This document shows positions 8,416-16,607 of a DNA stretch of 64,000 nucleotides, in pieces. The stretch is taken from contig JAJDHH010000005.1 of NCBI GenBank assembly GCA_030266105.1, positions 961 through 64,960 of the forward strand, given 5' to 3'. The stretch's first letter is position 1. Every line of letters begins with the position of its first letter. Under the pieces are notes generated by a model. That model was given only the letters and a program-made list of their open reading frames with translations. It was not told the origin of the DNA and ran no database searches. The position numbers were made by a program, and so were the translations under genes. The stretch is from Eubacteriales bacterium OttesenSCG-928-K08. GTDB lineage: Bacteria; Bacillota; Clostridia; Christensenellales; CAG-138.

Positions 8416-9312
8416 CTACACCCCAGCAAACGCACTTGACCAGCGCAGGATAACTGTGGCGTGCTTCATATCATCCTGCCCGGGTTCATATTGTATATCA
8501 TTCACGCCGGGCGCAAGGCTCCAAAAGTTAAATGTAGCGTCTGTTATACCCGATAGTTTATCCAGCTCTTTTGTTATTTCGCCCGTAATTTCGTTATGCT
8601 TTTCTACCGTTTTTTGCTCGGGTTCGGTGTTTATATAAAGCGTTTCATAGTCTCTTAAAGCTATGTTAAACGCCATATACTCACCTTTTAAAAGATTGCT
8701 GATTTTGGGGCGTATCGCTGGCCCATGTATCCAAATTTCAACCGGCGCGTCACTATCACCGATGTTGATGATATCTTTTCTGTACCCGCCTGATCCGAAA
8801 GTAACGCCCGGCGGGTAGATCGTAAACGGGAAACTAAAGCGCCCGGAACGGTATGCAACAATCTCCTCCTCGATCTTGCCGTTGGGCCGCCAGAGCGGAT
8901 CCGGGCAGTAAATAGTTAACGATATTGGCTTCATGTGCCCGTAGTCACTACGGTAAATCCGTGAATCTTCTTCTGGTGGGTCATTCACAATCCCCGAAAT
9001 GTAATAGCTGCCATAGTCGTTTGTGTATTCCACGCGTAAAAGTTCTTTGCCGCCAATCACAGCTTGCAGCTCCTGCAGACGCTCGTACATTTGGTACTGC
9101 GTTGCACCGTATACGTAGCCTGAAAAATCTAACTCACGCGGCTCGTAATACGCCTCATGTAACGTTTCCCCATCCTGTTTTGCACCTTGCGTAGTCAGCA
9201 TAAAAACCTCTGGCTTGCCTGTATACTGGAGGTTATTAAATACGTAAGGCGTCGGTTTCTCCAAATTAAAAAGAACCTCACCGCGCGAGGAAACAAACTT
9301 CAAATTTCTCAA
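8416..9312 (-). CDS. distal tail protein (Dit, siphovirus tail family)
   Basis: Sits directly after the tape measure. 298 aa, ending ..ATVILRWSSAFAGV, which is typical of Sipho_tail proteins. Confidence 0.7.
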   Translation of the reverse strand: MRNLKFVSSRGEVLFNLEKPTPYVFNNLQYTGKPEVFMLTTQGAKQDGETLHEAYYEPRELDFSGYVYGATQYQMYERLQELQAVIGGKELLRVEYTNDYGSYYISGIVNDPPEEDSRIYRSDYGHMKPISLTIYCPDPLWRPNGKIEEEIVAYRSGRFSFPFTIYPPGVTFGSGGYRKDIINIGDSDAPVEIWIHGPAIRPKISNLLKGEYMAFNIALRDYETLYINTEPEQKTVEKHNEITGEITKELDKLSGITDATFNFWSLAPGVNDIQYEPGQDDMKHATVILRWSSAFAGV

Positions 9313-9323
9313 CCTTTACCACC

Positions 9324-12300
9324 TCAAATCATACTTGCAAGTTTCTCCGATTCCCTTCTAAGTGCCTGTGCTACCTGATAAGTGCTAGGGGTAGGGCTTT
9401 GAATAACCACGGTCTGATCAACCTTCACAGAACGAGCTGGCGTTAAATTTTCAGTGGTTTGTACGTTGTTATAGCCAAAAGCGTTAGAGTTATTATCAAA
9501 ATCGGCGAGTGCATACTCTTTCATGCCGGCCTTTCCTGCTCGGTCTGCATAATACCTACGTGCGGGTTCGGTCACATGTTGAGCAAAAGCAGCAAAGGTA
9601 TCGGTAACAGGCGTATAGCGATCTGATCCGTCCCCTCCACTCCCACTTCCTCCGGGGTTGCCTCCTGCCATAATGCGCGCGATTTCTGCGGCTGCATCTT
9701 TTGCCGCTTGGATCATGGCATCCAGTTTGACCTTTAGCCCATCATACAAATTCTGCCCGAGTGCAGATCCGGCTAGCAAGTAATCCTGATTGTAGCTTTT
9801 CAGCAGTTCTATGATTTCCTCCTCACTGGCGTTTTGCAGCATATATTCCGCTTCATGATAGAGACGCTGCTTATTCAAGCGTTCGGCATAATAAGCTTGG
9901 ACAGATGCAATTCGTTCGCGTAAAATCTCAACTTCCTTGTCTGCCCGCGCTTGGATCAACGCAATTTCACTCTTTGTTTCATCGCGTATGAGAGAAATTT
10001 GATCGTTCAGTTCTTCCTTTTGATCCTGAATGCCCTCGCGCCAGTGACGTTCTTCCATTTCCTTCTCAAGTTGCGCTATTTGTTCCTGCAACTTTTGCTG
10101 GTTATAGAGGTCTTTCTCGTATTTGAGCTGCTCCTTAAGGTGGGCGAGTTTGTCCTCATCCGCTTCGTCCTGATTGGCACGAGTGCGTGCCTTAAGAAGA
10201 TCATCCAAGGCTCGTATTTCGTCTTGTATGGCTTTTATACGCTCGTCAGCGGCAGCCTGCACAGCTGCGGTCTGTTTCTTGGCTGCAGCCTGTACAGCAC
10301 TTATTTGGGCATTCAGAGCATTGACCTGCGCATCCAACTCGGCTTGGTACCGGTTCCGCAGAGCGTCCACAACAGCATTTCCAAAATCCTGATATGACGC
10401 CAACGCTTGCTGCTGATATTGATATTTCGCTTCGAAAAGTTTGCGCTCAATCTCAAGGCGTTGGTCTGCTGTGAGTTTCTCTGCCCGCAGGAGGTTTTCG
10501 AGAAACGAAATGTAACTGTCGTTAAGCTCTGCTGTAACACCTTGTTTTGCATAGCCAAGCTCCTTTTCAAGGCGCTTTCGCTGCTCTGCGGACACGTTTT
10601 CCAACGACAGCAGGTATTCGATATGTGCAACGTATTCGTCGGTATACTCCGCCTCGACATCACGGACGCGCTCGATCAGTGCCAGTTCTTCCTCCCATGC
10701 CTTTTTGCGTGAGCTACCGCCGTCTGAGCGTTTGCCTCCTCCTTCATCAAAGAGCCCTGCTTCACGCAACTTCCCAAGCAACTCTGTAATTTCATCGGCT
10801 GTCAGAGAGGCAGTTTCACCCGTAAGAATCATCTCGGCTATTGCTTCCTTTAACTCACCTGAAAGTGAGCCGGCAGCGGCCGCTGCCCCCTCGCCCATTG
10901 CGTTTGCAAAGCTCTCAATAGAGCCATAAGCCGCTTCAATCTCATCACGTGTAAGACCGGTAACCCGCTTCAGCCTTTCACTCGACTGCGTATATTCATC
11001 GCTACCTTTTTTCGCGTTTCCAAACTCATCTGCAATTTTCTTGGCGGCCTTCGATACGCTGTCTAATTTTAGCGCCTGTTCAGCCTGTTTACTAAAATCA
11101 ACTTTAGTTGCGTTCTCAAGCTTTTCCGTGAACTCATCCACAGAAACGCCCGCAGTCTCAAGAATTTCTCCTATTGCCCCGAAAGAGTTTGTAAGCAGTT
11201 CGTGAACAGCTGCTTCTCCGCTTGTCAACGCCTCTTTATTTTGCTCCATGAAATTTTGCAGCCTATCCTGCACAATAAGCGTCTGCTCACCAGTCAGCTC
11301 CACGGTAGCAGTGTATTGATCGATTATATTTGCAATTGCGTTGTCGCGATATTCTTCCCAGAGAGACTCTGCCTCGTCAAGCTTGACCTGTAGGTCGTCG
11401 ATTGCATTCTGATCAATAAGGTCAAACCCCAAGCCTCCGCCTTTTTGAATTGTACCCACGCCCAGTTCGCCAACAGTTTTTTTATACTCATCCATCTGTT
11501 TGGTGAGTTTTTCCACATCTTTAGCGGCATCTATTGCCGCCTTTGCCTCTTCTTCGAACAATGTTTTTGCCTTGTTTGCTTGCCTTTGGCGTGCTTTTCG
11601 GTCGGCCTCGTCCATCTTTTTGATATATAGATCGATAGTTTCTGTTGTAACGATAACAGCCTCACCCTCTTCGTTGATACCTTTTATAAGGTCCGGGTAG
11701 GTGTTGACTAATTTCTGTTGTGCCGCCGTCAGCTCATCTGCACTGGCCGTAGCACTGGTGTATGTTGCAAACGCTGCCTTGGCTTGTGTGAGCTTTTCAG
11801 TGGACGCTTGCAAGGCGTCCCTTTGCTCGTGTAATAGTTCGATCTGTTCCACTATAAACTTGTTGAGATCCTCAACAGAGCCTGTAATAAGCTTTATTGC
11901 CGCCATAGCAGCGCTTATGCCAATAATCCAAGGACTTATGCCTGCGCTTATCGCGTAGATAGACTGTCCCATCGTTGAGATAGCACCGGATAGGCTGCTG
12001 TTGCCCCCGGCGAGCTGTGCGGCAGTAGAGGCGGCTTGCGCGCCCATAGACGTCATTGTACGGCTAACGCGTTGCCCCGCAGGGTCCATTAACGACATTT
12101 TATCCGTTAAATCATTAAGCGTACCCTCCAACCGTTTCATTTCTGGTGTCTCCGCCGCGATTTGTTGCTGTACCTCTATAAGCCTCTGGTTGGCTTGTAT
12201 TCTCTTTTCAATGCCTGCTGTGCCGCTTTGAATAATTGCTTCAAGCTTCGTCTCCTCATTCATTAGCTTCAAAATCTTCTCTGCCTGGCGATCATATTGC

Positions 12301-12845
12301 AAAGACGCCTGTTGCAACTTCTGAGCAATACTGTCATACACCTGTTGGGAAACCTTAAGCTTCTCCACAGCCTGATCCATTGTTGAACCGACTGTCCCCA
12401 CCTGCTGTGAGGTTTTGGCCGCGGCATTACCAGTAGCCGTCATCGTACTGCCAGTCTTTTTGATGGCGGGCTCAGCTTCACCAAACTTATCGCTAAGGCG
12501 ATTAAGCTCAGTCTCAAGCTGCTTCATTTTAGGCGTTTCGGCAGCGATTTGTTTTTGAACGGAAAACAACTCTTGAGAAGCTTTTGCACGCTGCAGCGTA
12601 CTGGTTGTGGAGTTTTTAAGAACTGCCTCCAGCTCACTCTCTTGCTTTGTCAGCGCCAGCAACTTTTCGGCCTGCTGGTCATACTCTTGAGATAATTTTC
12701 GCAACTCAGCTTCAAGCTTGCTAATCTCTTGCTGTGTAGTTTTAACCGTTCGCGTAGTCTGCCCTAACGCATCGCTAAACTGACCCGCCCCGGTAGTAGC
12801 ACCGGAAGCGTCTACGCCAAGTTGAAACTCTAGTTTTTCGTCCAT
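9324..12845 (-). CDS. tail tape measure protein
   Basis: About 1170 aa, heavily coiled-coil, with an internal ~130-aa duplication (..QIAAETP(K/E)MK(Q/R)LE..) and a Gly-rich tract near the C-terminus. ATG at 12845 follows AAAGGA and lies downstream of a terminator hairpin. Confidence 0.85.
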   Translation of the reverse strand: MDEKLEFQLGVDASGATTGAGQFSDALGQTTRTVKTTQQEISKLEAELRKLSQEYDQQAEKLLALTKQESELEAVLKNSTTSTLQRAKASQELFSVQKQIAAETPKMKQLETELNRLSDKFGEAEPAIKKTGSTMTATGNAAAKTSQQVGTVGSTMDQAVEKLKVSQQVYDSIAQKLQQASLQYDRQAEKILKLMNEETKLEAIIQSGTAGIEKRIQANQRLIEVQQQIAAETPEMKRLEGTLNDLTDKMSLMDPAGQRVSRTMTSMGAQAASTAAQLAGGNSSLSGAISTMGQSIYAISAGISPWIIGISAAMAAIKLITGSVEDLNKFIVEQIELLHEQRDALQASTEKLTQAKAAFATYTSATASADELTAAQQKLVNTYPDLIKGINEEGEAVIVTTETIDLYIKKMDEADRKARQRQANKAKTLFEEEAKAAIDAAKDVEKLTKQMDEYKKTVGELGVGTIQKGGGLGFDLIDQNAIDDLQVKLDEAESLWEEYRDNAIANIIDQYTATVELTGEQTLIVQDRLQNFMEQNKEALTSGEAAVHELLTNSFGAIGEILETAGVSVDEFTEKLENATKVDFSKQAEQALKLDSVSKAAKKIADEFGNAKKGSDEYTQSSERLKRVTGLTRDEIEAAYGSIESFANAMGEGAAAAAGSLSGELKEAIAEMILTGETASLTADEITELLGKLREAGLFDEGGGKRSDGGSSRKKAWEEELALIERVRDVEAEYTDEYVAHIEYLLSLENVSAEQRKRLEKELGYAKQGVTAELNDSYISFLENLLRAEKLTADQRLEIERKLFEAKYQYQQQALASYQDFGNAVVDALRNRYQAELDAQVNALNAQISAVQAAAKKQTAAVQAAADERIKAIQDEIRALDDLLKARTRANQDEADEDKLAHLKEQLKYEKDLYNQQKLQEQIAQLEKEMEERHWREGIQDQKEELNDQISLIRDETKSEIALIQARADKEVEILRERIASVQAYYAERLNKQRLYHEAEYMLQNASEEEIIELLKSYNQDYLLAGSALGQNLYDGLKVKLDAMIQAAKDAAAEIARIMAGGNPGGSGSGGDGSDRYTPVTDTFAAFAQHVTEPARRYYADRAGKAGMKEYALADFDNNSNAFGYNNVQTTENLTPARSVKVDQTVVIQSPTPSTYQVAQALRRESEKLASMI

Positions 12846-12867
12846 GTGGGCATCCTTTCTGTGCATA

Positions 12868-12897
12868 ACAAAACCGCCCCGAAAGGCGGTTTTGTTT
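12868..12897 (-). terminator. intrinsic terminator after the BRO gene, just before the tape measure gene
   Basis: Minus strand reads aaaaccgcc-tttcgg-ggcggtttt followed by gtt. Confidence 0.6.
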
Positions 12898-12904
12898 TAA
12901 TGCT

Positions 12905-13702
12905 CTATGCAATCTTATATTTTTTTCGCATATTCTGCGGCCAATTGTCCGTATTGGTTAGAATTTCTTTCAAACGACCATATCCGGCTGCGTTATACCG
13001 AAACGTGTCAACCTGCCCATCACTGTGCTTCTTCTTATCAAGCACAACCTGTCCATACTTCTCAATCTTCACCCCGAAAGCGTTCGCGGTTCTCCCAACC
13101 CAGTTTTCCGTAAAATACAGGTTATGAATACCTAAATTCGCACCGATATCCTCACCAAGCCGCTTTGCCACATCTCCTGTCGTCATGAGCGGCTCAGTGA
13201 GTGTAGGGCGGAAAGGAAGCGTCTTTCCCGTGATGAACTCATGAGTATTAAGTAGGATCAGCTCGCGCGCTTCTTCAGACAGCGCCTTGTGGTTAGCAAT
13301 CTGCAGGAGCAGCCTGCCCTCTCGCACACGGCTGTTGCGTTCCTGCACCTCCATGCGTTTCACGGAAAGGTCGGTAGGCTGCGGGACGGAATATTGACCT
13401 GTTTTGCGAATAGCTGGGATTACATCATGAGTGATCCATCGTTTGAACGCCTTAGCCTCCGGCTTGCGGCTACCGAGCACGAGAGCGTAAAGGCCGGGTT
13501 CGTTGACGATATTCGTTTCTCCCTGACGCCCTAAGTTGAACTTAGCCCGTTCATCTTCTTCCAACCCAGTTACTGCCATGGTTACATTACTATGCTCCAG
13601 CGCCCTGCACACATCAGCCGCGACAAACCACGGTTCGCCATTTTTCTCAATCACGCGAACTTCGCCAAACTGCGAATTGTTAAATACTTGCAATTTATTC
13701 AT
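12905..13702 (-). CDS. BRO-N domain phage antirepressor
   Basis: N-terminus MNKLQVFNNSQFGEVRVIEKNGEPWFVAADVCRALEHSN...GLYALVLGSRKPEAKAFKRWITHDVIPAIRKTG is a textbook BRO-N domain. Confidence 0.8.
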   Translation of the reverse strand: MNKLQVFNNSQFGEVRVIEKNGEPWFVAADVCRALEHSNVTMAVTGLEEDERAKFNLGRQGETNIVNEPGLYALVLGSRKPEAKAFKRWITHDVIPAIRKTGQYSVPQPTDLSVKRMEVQERNSRVREGRLLLQIANHKALSEEARELILLNTHEFITGKTLPFRPTLTEPLMTTGDVAKRLGEDIGANLGIHNLYFTENWVGRTANAFGVKIEKYGQVVLDKKKHSDGQVDTFRYNAAGYGRLKEILTNTDNWPQNMRKKYKIA

Positions 13703-13941
13703 GCCGCTGCCTCCTTGCCCTTAGCCCGTTCCGCATTGTTAATCTCGATCCTCACTTTACCAACGGCGTTCATCGCCTCTGTCAGATAGTTTATAGCCGT
13801 GCTGATTAAGGTTTCTTCCTTAAATCCATGATTCTTCACATTTTCCAGATTTTCCAAGTCCGCTATTGTCTCCAGAAGATTTCTGGCCTGGAACAACGCA
13901 GTTTCGCTCTTTATTAGTATGGTTCCATGTTCTGATTGCAT
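13699..13941 (-). CDS. hypothetical 80-aa protein, translationally coupled (ATGA) to the BRO gene
   Basis: ATG at 13941 follows GGAGGT. Its stop overlaps the BRO start codon. Confidence 0.4.
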   Translation of the reverse strand: MQSEHGTILIKSETALFQARNLLETIADLENLENVKNHGFKEETLISTAINYLTEAMNAVGKVRIEINNAERAKGKEAAA

Positions 13942-14059
13942 AAAAAATACCTCCATAAAATAATCTTGTTTGAGGTATCTCTGATGTGGTATAATAATTT
14001 CACAGGCAGAGATGCCTCCGAGTAAGAGATATTAGGTGTGGCCGTCAAACTACAACCTT

Positions 14060-14365
14060 CTATCTCTTTTCTTCTGTTGATGTCCCATCGGGATCTTCGT
14101 CGTCTACTGGCGTAGCACCTAAAATTCGTAATGCGGCGACCGCGTCCTCCAATTCATATTGCAATGTTTGAATTTGTTCTTGAGTTTTCATCATTTCTTG
14201 ACGCATATCCCTTAATCCAGATCCTAGCCCCTCCGCATTACTGTTTTCCAGTAGCCGTACAATAAACTGGTTTTTGCTTATTTTCTCTTTTTCAGCCCCC
14301 CTTTCCAACATTTCGTGTTGCTCTGGTGTTAATCTAAGTGTGAATGTTCTTATCTTTTCCTCGAT
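14060..14365 (-). CDS. ribbon-helix-helix (CopG/Arc/MetJ-like) DNA-binding protein, probable non-AUG start
   Basis: The frame is open from the TAA just before AGGAGG. It reads RRWRTIEEKIRTFTLRLTPEQHEMLERGAEKEKISKNQFIVRLLE, an RHH beta-strand plus two helices. The first ATG (14311) would delete the strand. ATC at 14365 lies 9 nt after AGGAGG. Confidence 0.55.
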   Translation of the reverse strand: MEEKIRTFTLRLTPEQHEMLERGAEKEKISKNQFIVRLLENSNAEGLGSGLRDMRQEMMKTQEQIQTLQYELEDAVAALRILGATPVDDEDPDGTSTEEKR

Positions 14366-14408
14366 TGTTCGCCACCTCCTTTATGACTTCATTTTTGACG
14401 CTATGTCT

Positions 14409-14437
14409 ATAATAAATGGCTTCGTCTACGAAGTCAA
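14409..14437 (-). promoter_or_regulatory. sigma-70-type promoter TTGACT-N17-TATTAT with embedded palindrome cttcgtAGacgaag
   Basis: Read on the minus strand. The palindrome at 14420-14433 sits in the spacer and is a likely autoregulatory operator for the RHH protein. Confidence 0.5.
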
Positions 14438-14862
14438 GTGCTTTTTTTCATAAATATTTGCTCATACTGCGCTCGCGTAATTAATATTTCCAGTGGCTTA
14501 CTGCTGTCGAAGCCGCCTATATAACCGCGCTTCTCCATAATATTTACCAATTGTGCCAATCGCGCGTAACCAACACGCAGCCCAATCTGCAATATAGAAA
14601 ATGACACTTGGCCGCATTCCATCACTATGCGCATCGCATCACCTAACAGATCGTCTTCCATTTCCCCGCTATCGACGCTCGTCTCTACCCGTGGTTCCAA
14701 TTCAGGCAGGACATTATCGTCGGGAAAGTCCATTTTTTTGCGCCGTCGCATCTCAAGCCGCTCCAAATAAGCGAGGCGCTTTTCTAATCCGAAAACCCGC
14801 ATTTCAAGCTCTTCTACCAGCTCACGCAACTCTTTCTTTGTGCTATCCATTTGCTTCTCCAA
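14434..14862 (-). CDS. coiled-coil protein with stand-alone FtsK-gamma (winged-helix) domain
   Basis: C-terminus DDLLGDAMRIVMECGQVSFSILQIGLRVGYARLAQLVNIMEKRGYIGG matches the FtsK gamma pattern D.L...A...V.....S.S.LQ..L..GY.RA..L...ME..G. No motor domain is present. Confidence 0.6.
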   Translation of the reverse strand: MEKQMDSTKKELRELVEELEMRVFGLEKRLAYLERLEMRRRKKMDFPDDNVLPELEPRVETSVDSGEMEDDLLGDAMRIVMECGQVSFSILQIGLRVGYARLAQLVNIMEKRGYIGGFDSSKPLEILITRAQYEQIFMKKST

Positions 14863-15886
14863 AATACTCGCGCAGCACCTTAGCTCGTTTTTCTAGTTTA
14901 GGTGCCAATTCCTCTGGCTTTGGGTCCGTCCAAGTCAGCCCCCTCTTAGAAGTGGTGCATTTATTGCATGATTCATAATCTGCGTTCATTATTCTGCCGC
15001 AAGAACACTCCCACTTTTTGCCCGGCACCTTCCACTCAATAACTTCAGGAAATCCAGTTTTCATCAATTCAGCTAAACGTATTAACGTAGCTGCATCTTC
15101 TCTGCTATATTTAGCGGGCAAAACTTCGACAAGATGCAACCCTAGACGTTTCTTCTGCAAATCCGTATTCTTAAGTGCATTTTCTACCGCCGTAAGATTT
15201 CCAAGCCTATAGTTTTTCATCACACCAACTAGCTGTGTAAATGCCTGCTCTCCAACACTGGTCTGCGTAATCCTGTCAATAAACTTTGATGAAAGTTCAT
15301 TTTTGTCAAAAAGTGAAAAATATTGGTCTAGTTTGTCTTTGTTTTCAGCGCTCATAACCGTGAATGAACCGGTAACACCAGCCGACAATTCATCAATCAC
15401 GTTGTTTATGGCTTCTACCAACTCGTACTCGTATATTTTCTCCATGCTCATCAGAGCCTTGACGCTACCATTTTGTATCTGCTCTAAATAGTCGTTACGC
15501 GCAATCAAGTAATGAACGGCCTCTTCTGATATTTCGCCCGATGTGCTGTCCTCGGAAGACAATCCATTTATATACACGGCAGTCCCCGTCATTACTGCCA
15601 TAAACATTTGTTTGTTCTGACCTGATATTTCATCAAAGTCAACCCGAAGGCCGATTATCGCATTAGCCTTCATCTTTTTTGCCTTGCGTGTGAGTTTAGT
15701 TAATACTTCATTTTTCAGTGTGTCTAATTCATCTTGATATGCAGTTGAAAAACCAGAGAACCAATCGCCCCAACTCGCAGAAAGATCTGCCCAGAACCCC
15801 GTCCTTGCCACTGCGTTTGCAGTAACAACACCAATATATTCGGTTATCTCGTAATTTCCTATGCCGTTGGTAGTTGTTATTAACAT
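14843..15886 (-). CDS. YbjQ/DUF74-domain protein fused to a helical region and C-terminal zinc ribbon
   Basis: ATG at 15886 follows GGGAGG. MLITTTNGIGNYEITEYIGVVTANAV...ANAIIGLRVDFDEI...MAVMTGTAVYI matches the YbjQ family pattern. C-terminus has WECSCGRIMNADYESCNKC. The last 20 nt overlap the next gene. Confidence 0.6.
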   Translation of the reverse strand: MLITTTNGIGNYEITEYIGVVTANAVARTGFWADLSASWGDWFSGFSTAYQDELDTLKNEVLTKLTRKAKKMKANAIIGLRVDFDEISGQNKQMFMAVMTGTAVYINGLSSEDSTSGEISEEAVHYLIARNDYLEQIQNGSVKALMSMEKIYEYELVEAINNVIDELSAGVTGSFTVMSAENKDKLDQYFSLFDKNELSSKFIDRITQTSVGEQAFTQLVGVMKNYRLGNLTAVENALKNTDLQKKRLGLHLVEVLPAKYSREDAATLIRLAELMKTGFPEVIEWKVPGKKWECSCGRIMNADYESCNKCTTSKRGLTWTDPKPEELAPKLEKRAKVLREYFGEANG

Positions 15887-15972
15887 TCCGTACCCCTCCC
15901 GCTCATTTTCCCATAGTATACCAAAATGCACAGGACGTTACTACCTACTCATTTCCATTTCCAGTAATAGTT

Positions 15973-16571
15973 CTACACCACGTTCCCTACTGCGTTTCCA
16001 TCCTCGTCCACCAGCTCCCCCGGGTCTTTTCCTGTTGCTTGCCGATATCGCGCATCAATTATGGGCTCAAGCTCTTCCCAGTAATATTCGTTCAACTGTT
16101 GTTTGGAAATGCCTGAGGCTGAAAAATAAGCGAGCAGTTCTATTCGCTGGGCTTGTGCTGTTTTATGGCTTGCCCGATCATCTGGAGCATTGGCAAGCCT
16201 TTGGTAAAAAAATCTATAATTCCATTAACCTCAATAACCGCTACCAGCAGGTCAACTATGCCACCAATACCGATATTTTCCGAGGTTAAAATATTGTCTT
16301 CGTCCTGTTTCGTAAAGCGCGCGATAATAGATACTACCAAACGCACAAACGCCGTGCTGCTTAAAAGCAGCTGTTGTATAACGTCCTTTTGTCCGTCGCT
16401 TTTTAGCATGACCGCAATTTCCAACACGCCCATTCCAGGAAACACTGCATCGGCAGCGGCAGCTATTGCATCCTCACAAGCAAGGAATGCGTCCTCAAAA
16501 TCCAAGTAACCGAGACGCTTTACCTCAATACCGCATATCGTTACGCAGTTCGGTTTCTGTTTCGATCTCAT
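15973..16571 (-). CDS. tail assembly chaperone GT-type fusion product (via -1 frameshift at 16206-16212)
   Basis: After GAT TTT TTT the -1 frame stays open for 79 codons (YQRLANAPDDRASHKTAQAQRIELLAYFSASGISKQQLNEYYWEELEPIIDARYRQATGKDPGELVDEDGNAVGNVV*). It ends at TAG 15973-15975. Confidence 0.6.
16140..16571 (-). CDS. tail assembly chaperone (G-type)
   Basis: Sits immediately after the major tail protein. ATG at 16571 follows GGAGGG. 143 aa, acidic. Confidence 0.65.
   Translation of the reverse strand: MRSKQKPNCVTICGIEVKRLGYLDFEDAFLACEDAIAAAADAVFPGMGVLEIAVMLKSDGQKDVIQQLLLSSTAFVRLVVSIIARFTKQDEDNILTSENIGIGGIVDLLVAVIEVNGIIDFFTKGLPMLQMIGQAIKQHKPSE
16206..16212 (-). promoter_or_regulatory. slippery heptamer T_TTT_TTT for programmed -1 ribosomal frameshift
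   Basis: Zero-frame codons are GAT TTT TTT ACC near the 3' end of the chaperone ORF. Confidence 0.6.
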
Positions 16572-16607
16572 AATCCCTCCATAAGAAAAAGGGTGGTTTC
16601 CCACCCC

